A stretch of 64,000 nucleotides of DNA from Lingula anatina. Taxonomy: Eukaryota; Animalia; Brachiopoda. The notes beneath the pieces were generated by a model. The model worked only from the letters and a program-made list of their open reading frames with translations. It made no database searches and was not told the origin of the DNA. Position numbers and translations under genes: made by a program. Within the stretch, counting starts at the first letter, position 1. Each line of letters opens with the position of its first letter. Shown piece by piece: positions 42,821 through 56,165 of the stretch. The stretch spans positions 9,928,954 through 9,992,953 of the forward strand of contig CM120644.1 of NCBI GenBank assembly GCA_051362555.1, written 5' to 3'.

Positions 42821-45800
42821 TTACTCAGTATGGTCATGTAACTGGTGATTCACCAGCTTGAAATACAACCCCTTTTTGGCCAGGAGATCCGCATGCTTCC
42901 CAATTTCACGCACTTTCCCGTGGTGGATGACGGCGATCATGTCGGCGTTTTGGATGGTGGAAAGGCGATGTGCGATCACGATGGACGTCCTTCCTTCCTG
43001 GGCGCGGTCCAGAGCCTCCTGGACGACCTGAAAATGGCAAAAGATGACAACAACTGAGTTTTTTTTCCATAAGTGTCATTTTAAAAGTTTAATTTCAATG
43101 AAACATTTGATAAAATTGCTTTATTACCTACCATATTACCTTTGTTTTTGTCTTAGTTGGTTTGTTAGTTAACATACCTCACTTGAAAAGCTATGGGCAG
43201 ATTTTGATAAAATTTTCAGGATAGGTCAGAAATGGGCAGACTTGAAATGGTAGATTTTGGTCCATAAATAAACAATGAGAACTGATCTGCCTTGCCACAA
43301 GTCTGCCCTTTCTGAGTGTATTTCTAGTTAATGAATAAGATGACAACCTGAAGTTTCATTCATGCACATAATATACTTTAAGTGAATAAATAAAACATTC
43401 ACACATTATCAGCTTTGCATTTATCAACTGATTAAATGTCCTCACCTTTTCGCTCTCCGTGTCCAAAGCAGACGTGGCTTCATCAAGCAGCAAAATCTTG
43501 GGGTTACGAAGCAATGCACGGGCAATGGCGACACGCTGTTTCTGTCCTCCACTCAACTGAGTTCCCTTGTCACCCACATTAGTGTCGTAACCCTGCGAAC
43601 AGTTAATCATATAATGAAATTTCAAACAACTCTTTTTAGTGCCAATATTTCATTTTCTTTGCACTGAATTTCATCACATTAGTTAACTCTTAGAGAACTC
43701 TTTGGAATCTAGGTCAAAGTTAATCCGAAGTTTTAAATTTCACATTAACACCAATCTTGAGGATTAAATTCCTTCGTAAAGGAGGACCCTATTCCTTACA
43801 TCAGGCAAACTCTCGATGAAGCTGTGAATGTTAGCATTCCTGGCAGCTTCGATGACCTCAGCCATTTCAGGTTGGCGGCTGTTGTCACCGTAACAGATGT
43901 TGTCCTTAATACTGCAGTCAAATAAGATGGGCTCCTGGGACACTATGCCCATCTGCTTACGCATCCACGAGATGTTCAGGCTCCGGGTGTCACGCTTGTC
44001 CAGCAACTGAGAAAACCAAATTGCATGGAAAAATTGAGTTATGTGAAAGCAGAGGTTATGTGATTTATTTGAAGTTTGTCAAGCACCTAGAACAGATATT
44101 ACTACTGAATAACCATGCCCAGTTTAAGAGTCAGAAGCACCATATGAATAAATAACTAAAGGCTTTCAACACAAATTCATTCAAAGAACTTATAACATAT
44201 TTAAGCAGAATGACAAATCTGCAAACACATCACCAGCTAGTACATAATATGAAGATGATAATTAATATTGAAATACTGCATATCCCATAGGCAGAAATAG
44301 TACCCCCTCACTTCAGCCCTCCACTTATTTTCCAAAACCAATATATACAATTCAGCTTTCATCCTTCCATTAAAAGGTGAGTACATGCTTTAAATTAGAC
44401 AACTTGCAATCCTGCATCAGTCAGAGATATCACCCACCACAATCTCTCCTACACCATCACAAAGGAAGGAACGAGGCCACACTTACCACATTTCCAGAGA
44501 GAGGATCATAGAACCTCTCCAGTAGCTGTATGGTGGTGCTCTTGCCACACCCACTGCTGCCCACCAGGGCCAGTCTCTGACCAGCGCCCACCTGGACGTC
44601 CAGTCCACGGAGAACCTTCACATTGGGACGCGACGGGTAGTTGAAGTGGGTGTCCTTGAACTCGATATCGCCTTGGAATGAGGCCTGTAGAGGGGAAAAA
44701 AAACAACAACTTTAAGATGTACTCTTTTGATAAGTTAGTCGAGACTGGTGGATGAATTGTGTTTTGGTGTGTTAGTTGAGACTGGTGGATGAATTGTGTT
44801 TTGATGTGTTTGTTGAGACTGGTGGATGAATTGTGTTTTGATGTGTTTGTTGAGACTGGTGGATGAATTGTGTTTTGATGTGTTAGTTGAGACTGGTGGA
44901 TGAATTGTGTTTTGATGTGTTAGTTGAGACTGGGGAAGGAAACGTGCCTTAACATTGTGTTCTGATGTGTTAGTTGGGACTGATGCAGAAGTTGTACCTT
45001 GAAATTTTGCATCATTATCTCATCAATTAAATTTGTATATATGGACCAATAAGTCAACAAAATACTACTGCTAGTACTTCCTTCTACAGTAGAGACATGC
45101 TAGTAACATCTAGCATGTCTTCTACAGTAGAGACATGCTAGATGTTACTAGATTATGCCTGGCACTCCATTAAGTATGATTGCAGTTTGTTATTTAACAG
45201 CTTTATCAATATAAAAACTAGCCTGAAACCACCAACTGTCCTGAAAGAGTGTAATTTTACCATTTGCAAAACAGTTGAAAACATTTCCAAGTTAAATGAG
45301 GATTTGATTATAAATATATTACCGGCTCTTCTCCCTCTGTGGAATAGCTATCAATCTCCGGCTCCCTGTCAAAGAGCAGGAATATTTTGGAGGCAGCTAT
45401 CTTGGCCTTGTTGTAGTCTGGAGCAAAGGAGCTTGCCTGACCCAGTGCCATGGCGCCAAACACAACTGCTGAGAATACTCTGTGAATGAAGAGAATATAG
45501 GGATTAACTCTGTGATTAACACAACATCAGAGAATAATACAATTCATAAAGTTATCACCCTTACTGGGATGAACTAAAACAATATCTGATCCACAACTCA
45601 AATTGTATTGAGCCTTGCTAATCATTAACTGGTACACAAAACACATTAAATTAACATTTCTCTTTCGTCTCACCCAACACATTTCTCATCCACCACAATT
45701 CCCATATCCCCCACCATGATCTCAAAATTCTCACCTGAACTATTTGTCAGATTCTAACCTAGCACTGACAACAACACTTACTTCATAATGTCCTCAAAGT

Positions 45801-48800
45801 TTCTCCTGCCATCATCGATGAGGAAGGCCCCAAATTTGAAGGCAGCGGCGTAGGCAAAGAACAAAACACCCTGCGTGAATCCAAAGGTTAGCCCTGTCAG
45901 ATGAGCCTGCCTTGTGCTTGTCCTGGAACAATACAAATCTCCATGATTTAGAGCTGTTAATGACCATAAAAAAGTGACCAAATGATCACATTTTTGTCAC
46001 ACACACATGAACACACACAATTTAAACTTGACCATACTACTTAACATGCAATCAATAATAAAATCTGTGAACATTTACCTCTTTACAGTCAATACATTCC
46101 TCGCCAAAGCCTTTCTTAATAATTAATATTCCCACAGCCATTAAAACATTCTAAATACACCTTTCTCTACATTTGGGAAAAAAACAACTTACTTGAAAGG
46201 AGCATCTAGCTTCTCTTTGTACAGCTGGTAGAACTTCTCCTCCTTGGTGAGAGAGGCCACAGTGCGCATGTTCTCAATGGCTTCCACGGCAGTCTGCAGA
46301 GGAATATGGAGTGTTAACAGGCACATGTAGAACTTGCACATAGTTACAGTATATACCTGCCACCACAGGTTAATGTACACAACACATATGTTAAGCTTTA
46401 GATTTTGAAGTACAATTTTACATACATGAAATCCTTGAACAATACATTTAAACAATACTAATGCCATAATAAAACAGACATTAACCTTTAAACGCTTTTG
46501 TATTCAAATTTAAACTAAACAAGGAAGATCAATGCTAACATGATACAAGTATTTTATAGCAATCTACCTGTAGGTCAAATTAATACCAATGTACAGAAAG
46601 CAATACACTCACACAGGCAGACAGGACTGGATAGCAAAATTTTCGAGCATGCAACAAACTCCTCAGTTGGCAGAAAACAGTCCCACAGAGTTTGTAATCA
46701 AATTTTTCATTACAAATTTGCAAGAGCAATTCATGTTTGCAAAGGAGTATTGAATTTGTCAGTAGACCTTATGTGCATGGTAAAACTACTTCTTGCAAAT
46801 TTGTTTAAGACTTTGTGTCCTGAAATTTTGCTTCCAATTTTATCCCAACTTAATTTTATCATTTTTATTTTGAATCTGATTCACCAAGCTAAGGATAAAA
46901 TAGAAACAAAAACATATAATACAGAGTATTAACTAGAAAAGTAACGTTAAAAGAGACAGAGATAAGGGCAGTTAAATTAAACCAGTAGAAAGTGGCAAAG
47001 TTTTTAGTAATTAGAATCAATTTGCTATAACTGTTAACCTTATCTTTTCTACCATACCCAAAGTCACCAGCTGTGGGATCTAAATAAAGGTTCCTGCTGA
47101 CAGGATCAAAAATTCATGGGGCAAATTAAGCTGGATTTCCACATACCAAAAAAATTTCTAACCTCAAATCCACTGTTTATAATCAAATTATGATTGACGT
47201 TTTTTATGATGACTTTAGACATGCATGCTTGTTAATTTTCTTATTGCAGTGTAAAATTAAGATTTTAGTTTAATTTGCATATCTATAGAGTACGGAACAT
47301 CACTGCCCAAATCAATCTTAAAAACAGGTGATCCTTGTGTTGCCAATATCAAAATATAAATGAATCAATTTTAACACAATTTTGAGCTTGAATCCGAGGA
47401 CATAGTGACTATAACCAATTTATATCTCAGAATTTCTCAGAATCTCAGAATTTCGGAATCAAACTTTCAATTTGAACAAGCATGAGTTGGAAATCCTGTA
47501 CATGTACCTTCCCAGCATTCTCTAGGGCAGCTCTATCGCGGATTATGGCTCCTTGCATAATCCTCATCTCCAGTGCCCCACCAATTGCGATAAAGGGCAA
47601 AAATGCGAAGATTAGTAAAGTTAGTTCCCAGCTGAATATGAAGGCTATGACTACACCCGTCCCCATGTTAGCTATAGACTGAGCTATTGTCCCCAGTCGA
47701 GCTCCAGTAGCCTATAGTAAAAGAGAGAGATAGAAAACAAAACAGGAGAGTTAGACAGTAATGCCATCTATTGGCCAACATGCAAACAATGTACCTTCCC
47801 AGCATTCTCAAGAGCTTCTTTGTCTCTGATGGTTGCCCCGTACATGAGGCGCATTTCTAGCATTCCCCCCACAGCAATGAAGGGGAGGAAAGCAATGATA
47901 AGAAGAGTCATCTCCCAACTGAAGACAAAAGCGATAATTATGGCAGTTCCCATGTTCGCAATTGATTGGATAATTGTTCCGAGACGAGCCCCTGTGGCCT
48001 GAAATTGTTGCAAAAAGAGGTTATAAAATTGTATTAAGTTAATGCACAAATCTAATAAAACAAGCTTTATAATAAACGTTGTAACAAAAGTTTGTAAGAA
48101 AATAAATACAGTCAGTGTGTGATAATATGTCACTATACACAAGTATCGTCAAAATGCTGCCTTAATACTCAGAAATCCTTTCATCGGTTCAGGTCATTTA
48201 GTCATTAAAATTCAGAAAAAAAAACATTGCACTGTCTGAACCATACTGTAATCACTGCTATCACAGTGTATATGTCCACAGTAATATCTCAGTTCTTAGA
48301 GTACAACCTTTTCTAAATAAATATGTTATTCTATAATTTCTTGGTCTTTTCATGGCAAGAAATATTGTGATAATTTAAAATATTACAATAATTATTATCA
48401 TGATCATAAAAATTCATCTAAAACTAAAAGATGGATGGAACACTTATACAAACATCATAGAACTGTACTAAACTTGCTTCAATTTTAAATAAATAGACAT
48501 AAAGGACTTTCAAATGTATGTTCATAAACATCCTTGAAGTTGGAATCTACACCTGAGCTATAAGAAGCTACACACCCCTTGTACTGCAGAGGTCTCCGTG
48601 GCCAGCCGTGTGGTCAGGGCCCCCGTGCTGTTCTTATGGTCATCAAAGTAGGCAATGTCCTGAGAGAGAAATCAAGTCTGAGAAAGTGCTTTTTTAGATG
48701 ATAATTGTGGTAAAAAAATAGTTCAAATACTTAGCTGCTGAAATTGTTAAATAATTAATTTTTAAAGAAGTAATTTTTAATGAACAGGGATAAATCAAGC

Positions 48801-51800
48801 CATGTGGATTAAGACTAAAAATGTATCCTGCCAGGGGTATAATAAAAGATAGTAAGATAATTGATAATTTTATCATTTATGGTGGTGGCTTTTTTGGGGG
48901 TGTGGGGGTGGGGGGAGATGGAAGGAGGGAGAGAATTGAACTTACCTGTCTTAGCATGGCCCTAAATGCCAACTGCCTCAGTCTCAGTGTCAAGTTTTCT
49001 CCAGAAACAGCAAAGAAGAACACCTAAAAGATAGTGAAACATTCACCTCAATTTGCATTCATCTAATGTGGATGTATATATTTATGTGCATTAATTTTCT
49101 ATCTGTTTCACATTTAATGACATCTGTTTCTAAGGTAAAAACTAAAATCAGAAAACTGTTCAAGTGGGTTGACCATATTTGATCCACGGTCTAGTTAGTC
49201 CTCTGTTGTGAATATGGCCATATATTATAAAACAAATAATACCTGGCAAATCATGGCAATAGCGGAGAGCACACCCAGGCCTAACAGTATCATGGAGTAC
49301 AAGAAAGTGGTCTCTGCCTGTTTGTCTGCATGGGTTTCTGTTGGATATTCCACAAACACCTGAACAGAGAGGAAGACAAACTCATTACTGATTTTTTTAA
49401 TTATGTTAAAAATGTAAGTAAACGTAAAATTATCAACCTTAAATACTGAATTAAAAGCATCATGTTAAATTTCCAAAATATATATAATATTCTTTTATCA
49501 TTATCTGAGAACAGAACGCCACTGTCAAAAATAATATATCCCAAAACAGCATAAAATTAATCCTGCCTGCCATAAAGAAAATAAAATCAAATTTCAATGT
49601 AATCATTATTTTACAATAAAAATTTAAAGTTAATGTTTACTTACTCCCAAGAATTCGGCAAATATGATAGCAAAGGCTGGCTGTATGCCGCCATTGATGA
49701 GAGCAGAGAAACAACCAATCAGAATATAGAACCACTCTGGGGCATTCAGACGGAAAATACGTTTCATTGGAGGGTCTGGCAATTTCTGCAACAAAACAAA
49801 TAGAGCATTATCTTATATCCATACAATATATGCCTAAAGAAAGTATTGTTACTTTGGTATAATTTTGTAATTAACAATCAAGGCACTTATAGACATGAAA
49901 AGAAGCGTTTAAAGAAAATAACGCAGCTATCACAGTTCCCAATGAGAAATATATACACTGCAGTTTGAACTCAAGAACTAAAGTATTATGATTAAATCTT
50001 TGTTTCTGAAAAAGAAAAAAAATCAACTTGAATTTTTTGATGTAGTTAGTATACTGACCTTTACTACAGATAGACTAACCATCTTACAGTCAAGGTATCA
50101 TTTTTCTGATTTCTATCTCACCTCTTCTTCTTCTTCCTCTTTCTCTTTCTTCTCCCCTTCCTTTGCCTCACTTTTCACTGAGGCCACAGATGTCATCCGG
50201 TTAAACTTGCGCTGGCTATCACGATGGCTCAGTGAACGGTCCAATTCAGATGTCTTGGTTTCTGGAATCACTTCCTCCTCATCTTCGTCTGGAAAAAAAT
50301 TGCAAGATAAAATTTTGGTTGAATAAAAACTGTTCTCATCCATCAAATATTAAAAGTCTTTATCTACAAGATTGTTTAATGATAGTGTGATATTGCAAAA
50401 TGATTGTTCAAAAAAAAAAAAAATTGATAATTTTTTAAGCACTCTTTTGTAATCAGGCAAAGCCAAAGACCAAAGAAAAATCGACCAAGCAGTGACTATT
50501 TTTTTTTTTTTTTTTTTTTTTTTTTTGGTATACTGCTTAAATATGTAAGCAAAATGACATGCATTTTTTTCCATATCTTACTGTCAGGACAAGGAATTTT
50601 AAACCTGTACATGTCATGTGGTGTACAGTGTATGAAGTACCAATTAGCTGCTGTTCAGTTTTTTCATCAGTTAAGCTGCTTGGCAAGGTAAATGAGATCA
50701 ACCATTTTGTACAATAACCAAAGCAGAAAGCTTGTTTAATTGGTTTTGATGATACTGATAAGCTGACTAATTTACACCATCCTGAATTCATAGAAATTTT
50801 CTACAAAAACATTTTTCATGCTAAAAAGTCTAATCTCTTTAAAGAGTCCAGGCACCAAAAAGCTTACAATTTCAGACAGGACAAAACATACACATAAATA
50901 TACATACATGTATATATATAAACCTGTTCTCACTGCAGGACAACATTTCTTTAACCAAAGAGATACACAAGTCCAACAAAATCAAAATTTTGAACCAAAT
51001 CAATTATACACTTGGTAAAAAACAATATCATATTATATTATATTATTTTTGTTCTTTTTAAAGCAAACTAATAAAACAATGCTTTGAATTTGGCTAAAGC
51101 ATTCTATGTTGGAGTGAGCTCAGTTCTATATCTAATTTTTGAAAACTTTTTTGAAAAAAAAAATTATATTTACAGTAAAAATGGGAAACTGCAAATGAAA
51201 TTTAACATGATAACTAACTAAAATGAGGAAAGAAATGTCACTATTGGGAAAATGCACTAACTTTAACTGGAAATAGCCAACCACCCAGTGTTCTATTGTA
51301 CCAAGAATCTTATAATATTATATAATATTATGTGAATGTTATCAGATATAATGGTGACAAAGACCATTTCCAGTTTAAGTTATTACAATTACTAATTGAG
51401 GCCAAAAAAATGACCCTCATCAATCAGTGGAGAAGAAAGCTAATATGTTGAAGATGCAATAATATTTATTCACACACACAACAGTCTCTTGATCAAAGCC
51501 TTAATTCCAAAACAAAACAGGTGGAGAGTTTTAAGAAGTGTTACAGAAGTCAGAGGCCAATATTCCAATTTTTTGAATTAGCAAAATTTATCTTCTTTTT
51601 AAAGACATCTCTCCAGCCATTTTGTATGAGAAATACTAATGCAAAAGCAACAATTATGATAAATTGGGAATAATCAGTCACAAGGACAAAAGCAACAGAT
51701 AACTTCAAAGACTTTTCACATGGGGTTCTTTCTGCTCTGCTAAGTGCCCAATTCACCTTTGGATGTCAGATTTTATTTTGAGCTGTTAATAGCAATTTTT

Positions 51801-52526
51801 AATAGGCATTTTTTCCTTTTTTTAAAATAAGCTCAATGTGTTTAATGTATACAAAAATTTCAATGTAAAATAAGGTGCTTTACACAGCAGGATCAGATCT
51901 TATAATACCATCTTTGAACTAAAGCAAAGGCATACCGACAGAAAAATCTTGAAACTTTCATAACAGAAAAAAAGTGAAAAGAATATATATATGTTTTTTT
52001 AATTCTTCATCACAGACATACCCGATTCTTCCACAGCAGCTTGATGCAAGAAATGAGAAATGTTATATGTTAAGAAGATAAATACTAGATAAAATATCAA
52101 ACACAATGAAAGTAAGAGTTAGTTTTTATCATCATAAAGAATTTATATTCATTATCTGTATCAATACACCAAATCTCAAAAGAATTATAGACAGTTTCAG
52201 ACTGATCAATGCATTATCCTTAAGAGAAACGGCAAACTTTGTTAGTATTTTATTCTGACAGTCCACATTCACAGACTTAAGTGACTTTCAAATCAAAGGC
52301 ATTTTACTATTCCATATATAGTTTAAAAGAAATGCTGAAGAGTCTGAAAAAAAGAATAGTTTAGTCGATTACATAAATTCACTTGTACATCCCACTAGGA
52401 GCAGGCTTTTCAGTCATACAGACAAAAAAAGCAACTCCTCCAAAAATTGCTCTCAAATTAACATCTGTGAAAGGGAAATACTGTTGACTGTGTAGAAGTA
52501 GAGAACTAATCCTTATTGCCAATCTA

Positions 52527-52595
<69 letters not shown>

Positions 52596-55500
52596 AATGG
52601 CTGATGAACTTTAAGAACTACACTATTTCTCATTCACATGTTCCTGTATACTTGCACAAACCTACCACTACAGAATATTGGGAGAGGGTGTGTGGGTGTT
52701 TGTATCATTTAGCTTATACACATACATATACTGGTGATAAAACCTAATCAAATGTAATATCACATTCACGTACAAAAACAAAATCAACAAAATTCTGAAC
52801 CTGGTTTGATGCACTGTAATGTACAATATACACTGAAACAAACATGGGATCGGGATAAAAAAGCAACCAAAACCTTCAAATAAAATTTGTATGACATGAC
52901 AGCAAAAAAATAAAAATAAATAAATAAAATAATAAAAATAATAATAATTATTATTATAAATAAATAAATAAATAAAAATTACAAAAAAAAATTTAAAATA
53001 AATAAAATAATTTAAGATAAAAATAAATAAGACACAATAAATAATTTAAAAAGCTTAAAATAAAATAAATCATTTCAGGTCAGCAAAGGCAAGGAGCTGG
53101 GGATAATGTGGATCAAATATAAGGTAAAATACAAACACCGTACATGGAATAAAGTCACTTCACCTACCCTGGACTGATTGTTGAAAAGCAAAAACAGAAA
53201 TCATTTAATGAAGATATTGATTATATATAACTTAAAGCAATAATAACTCTTCCTTTGAGATTCAAAATTCCGCATGAAATACATTGTAAACAACGCATGG
53301 AAATATATTCTATTGTATTTTACCACTAAAACGCCGTTATTGTAGTAAAACTAAAATCTGTGCTTGTCAATAGGGCTTTCGAAGCTTCCATCAAGGCATT
53401 CGTTGCTAATGACGTAATGGTGTCACGCGGATTCTCGCGTTCATTCGAGACCAAAATAACATATGGCGCCAAACGCATTAATGCGGACGCAGACGTAAGT
53501 TGCGAGTTTTTGTACAGTGCGTCGGATAACAAAAAGCCCAGAACGGCACACATTGTGGATATTATGTATTTTTAACAAAAAGACGAATATATCTCATGAA
53601 TCTTATATAGTGTTGTTGTTGTCTGCTTTTCCCGCGGTTTTAAGTAGGTCAACAGTGACTATGCGATGTCAGAGAGAGCTCCGTCAGTTAAAATCTCTTA
53701 AGAGATTTTAACAAAAAACCGTACGTTTAGGAAAAAAACCCTGGATTAACTTTGAATGCAGGAATGGGGTCGCTGACCATTGGTAAGTACGGGAAAATTG
53801 CCGTTTACTCCAGGAAAATCCAATTTTTGGCCAAAATGAAGAGTTATTATGACTTTAATATTTTAATGTTAGTAGTTGTTGGATCTCACAAATGTGGTAA
53901 GTTGTCACAATGGTTATCAAGCATTCAAAAAGTGTTAAATATACAAAAGGGAAAAAAAAAGATTATTAACTTTTTAAAATCTTTTGAGTACTGTCTCATA
54001 AAACATTGCAACTACTAACAAATAATACACACCATCTGATTCCTGATCCTTCTTCTGAGACTGAAAATGATGAAAATAAATAGTTAGAAACAATGGAAAG
54101 TTAACTATCTTGATTTAATCAAAATCTTTTAACCAAATTGGAAAAAAGATTAATCAAGAACTTAAAAATTCAGAGCATGCTTGAAGAATGACAAGTGAGA
54201 CAGGAAAAGAGAGAAAGAGAGAGAAGCCTCCTTACCTGCATGGTAACCAGTGTGTAGTAAACTCCCTGCTTGCTCATCAGTTCATCATGTGTCCCCTGCT
54301 CCACAGCCACGCCCTTTTCAAGACCCACAATAATATCTGCTGTCCTGATGGTGGACAGACGATGGGCTATCACCAATGTTGTCCTCCCTTGACGTACCTA
54401 TAGAACAATTTTTAATGGAGAACTTTTGAGACATTTTTTTTAAAAAAAGAAAAACTCACTTTATATGTTCCTGGAGCTACATTTCCCCCCTCCATAAAAA
54501 AGGAACTATATACTAATAACTTCCTACTTTATTCCAAAATTTCATCCTTTAAAGATTCCACAATTCTTTAGGGCACTTACAAAGACATGCTTTCTCAACC
54601 AGTACCCATTTTTAGAATATCTATAAACTCCTTTACCAGTCTTGCAAACTAATCATTCTTAGACTGTTGGAAAAATAAATTCAGTGGATACAGTCATAAT
54701 GGCAACCTAAAGGGCTAAAATAAAGTGGATGTGTACCTTGTCCAGAGCAGCCTGGACAATCCCCTCACTCTCAGTGTCCAGAGCAGACGTGGCTTCATCT
54801 AAAAGCAAGATTTTCGGGTCCCTGACCAAAGCTCTGGAGATGGCAATTCTTTGTTTCTGTCCTCCACTGAGCTGAGCACCACGTTCCCCCACCAGGGTCT
54901 CATATTGCTACAGAGGAAAATTTAGGATCATGAAAATTATGAAGAAACAAATGACGGCTGTCTAAAACATTTCATTATTAGTTGAAATATATCAAAACAT
55001 TATATCTGCTGTAACTCAATATACCTTTGTTTTCACAAGAAGGCTTAAAAGTTGATTTTGATCTCTTTTGGTGTCTTCATTTCAGGATTACATTACATGT
55101 GTATAACTATGACAATAACAATCATAATTTGAAACGACAATAGCTTGGACCTGTGAATGCTAAAAAAATCCTCCAAATAAACCCAATTTTTGCACATTTA
55201 TAGAAAATCCAGTACTGCTGCTTTTTTTTTTTTCAAAAACAGAAAAAAAATCCACTTACATCAGGTAGTTGTGAAATAAAGTCATGGGCGTTGGCCTCCT
55301 TGGCTGCTTTCTCAATCTCCTCCTGAGTGACCCCATCCCGCCCATAGCGGATGTTCTCTGCAATGGTGGTGGCAAAGAGGACGGGCTCCTGGCTGACTAC
55401 ACCAATGTGGTTCCTTAACCACTTAATGTTCAGGTCCTTGATGTCTACACCATCCAGGAACACCTGGTGAAAGATGTAAAATTCATCAACATTTTTCTTT

Positions 55501-56072
55501 TCAAATTGATCAAAAACATTGTTTTTTTAAGTGCCAAAACATCTTTTCTACTTATGAATGTCACATGTACAGTCTGTAATGCTAGCCACCATTACAAAGC
55601 AAACTTCATGATTAATTTTTCCTTAATTTAAGGTCTCTCTTATTTAAAAACTCGTACACTTGACTTCTGACATGTAATATTTGGCCAAAGACACAGATGG
55701 CATTTAGCAAACTACACTGTAAAAACAGCGGACTCAAAATAAAGATTCTAAGATGACACTGACCTGTCCTTCCTCTGGGTCATAGAACCTCTGTAGTAAC
55801 TGGATACAGGTGGACTTGCCACAGCCAGATGACCCCACCAAGGCCACAGTCTGCCCTCTGGTGGCTGTCAAGTTAAACCCGTCCAGTACCTGGAACATAG
55901 CAGCCAATCAGGGGTCTGGTTCAGTATATATGCTACCTGCTATACACAGTTTATGTATGCATGTAAAGCTATGCACAGTATATTTATGTATATATGCAGA
56001 ATTATACACAGTTTATGTATGCATGTAAAGCTATACACAGTATATTTATGTATATATGCAGAATTATACACA

Positions 56073-56165
<93 letters not shown>

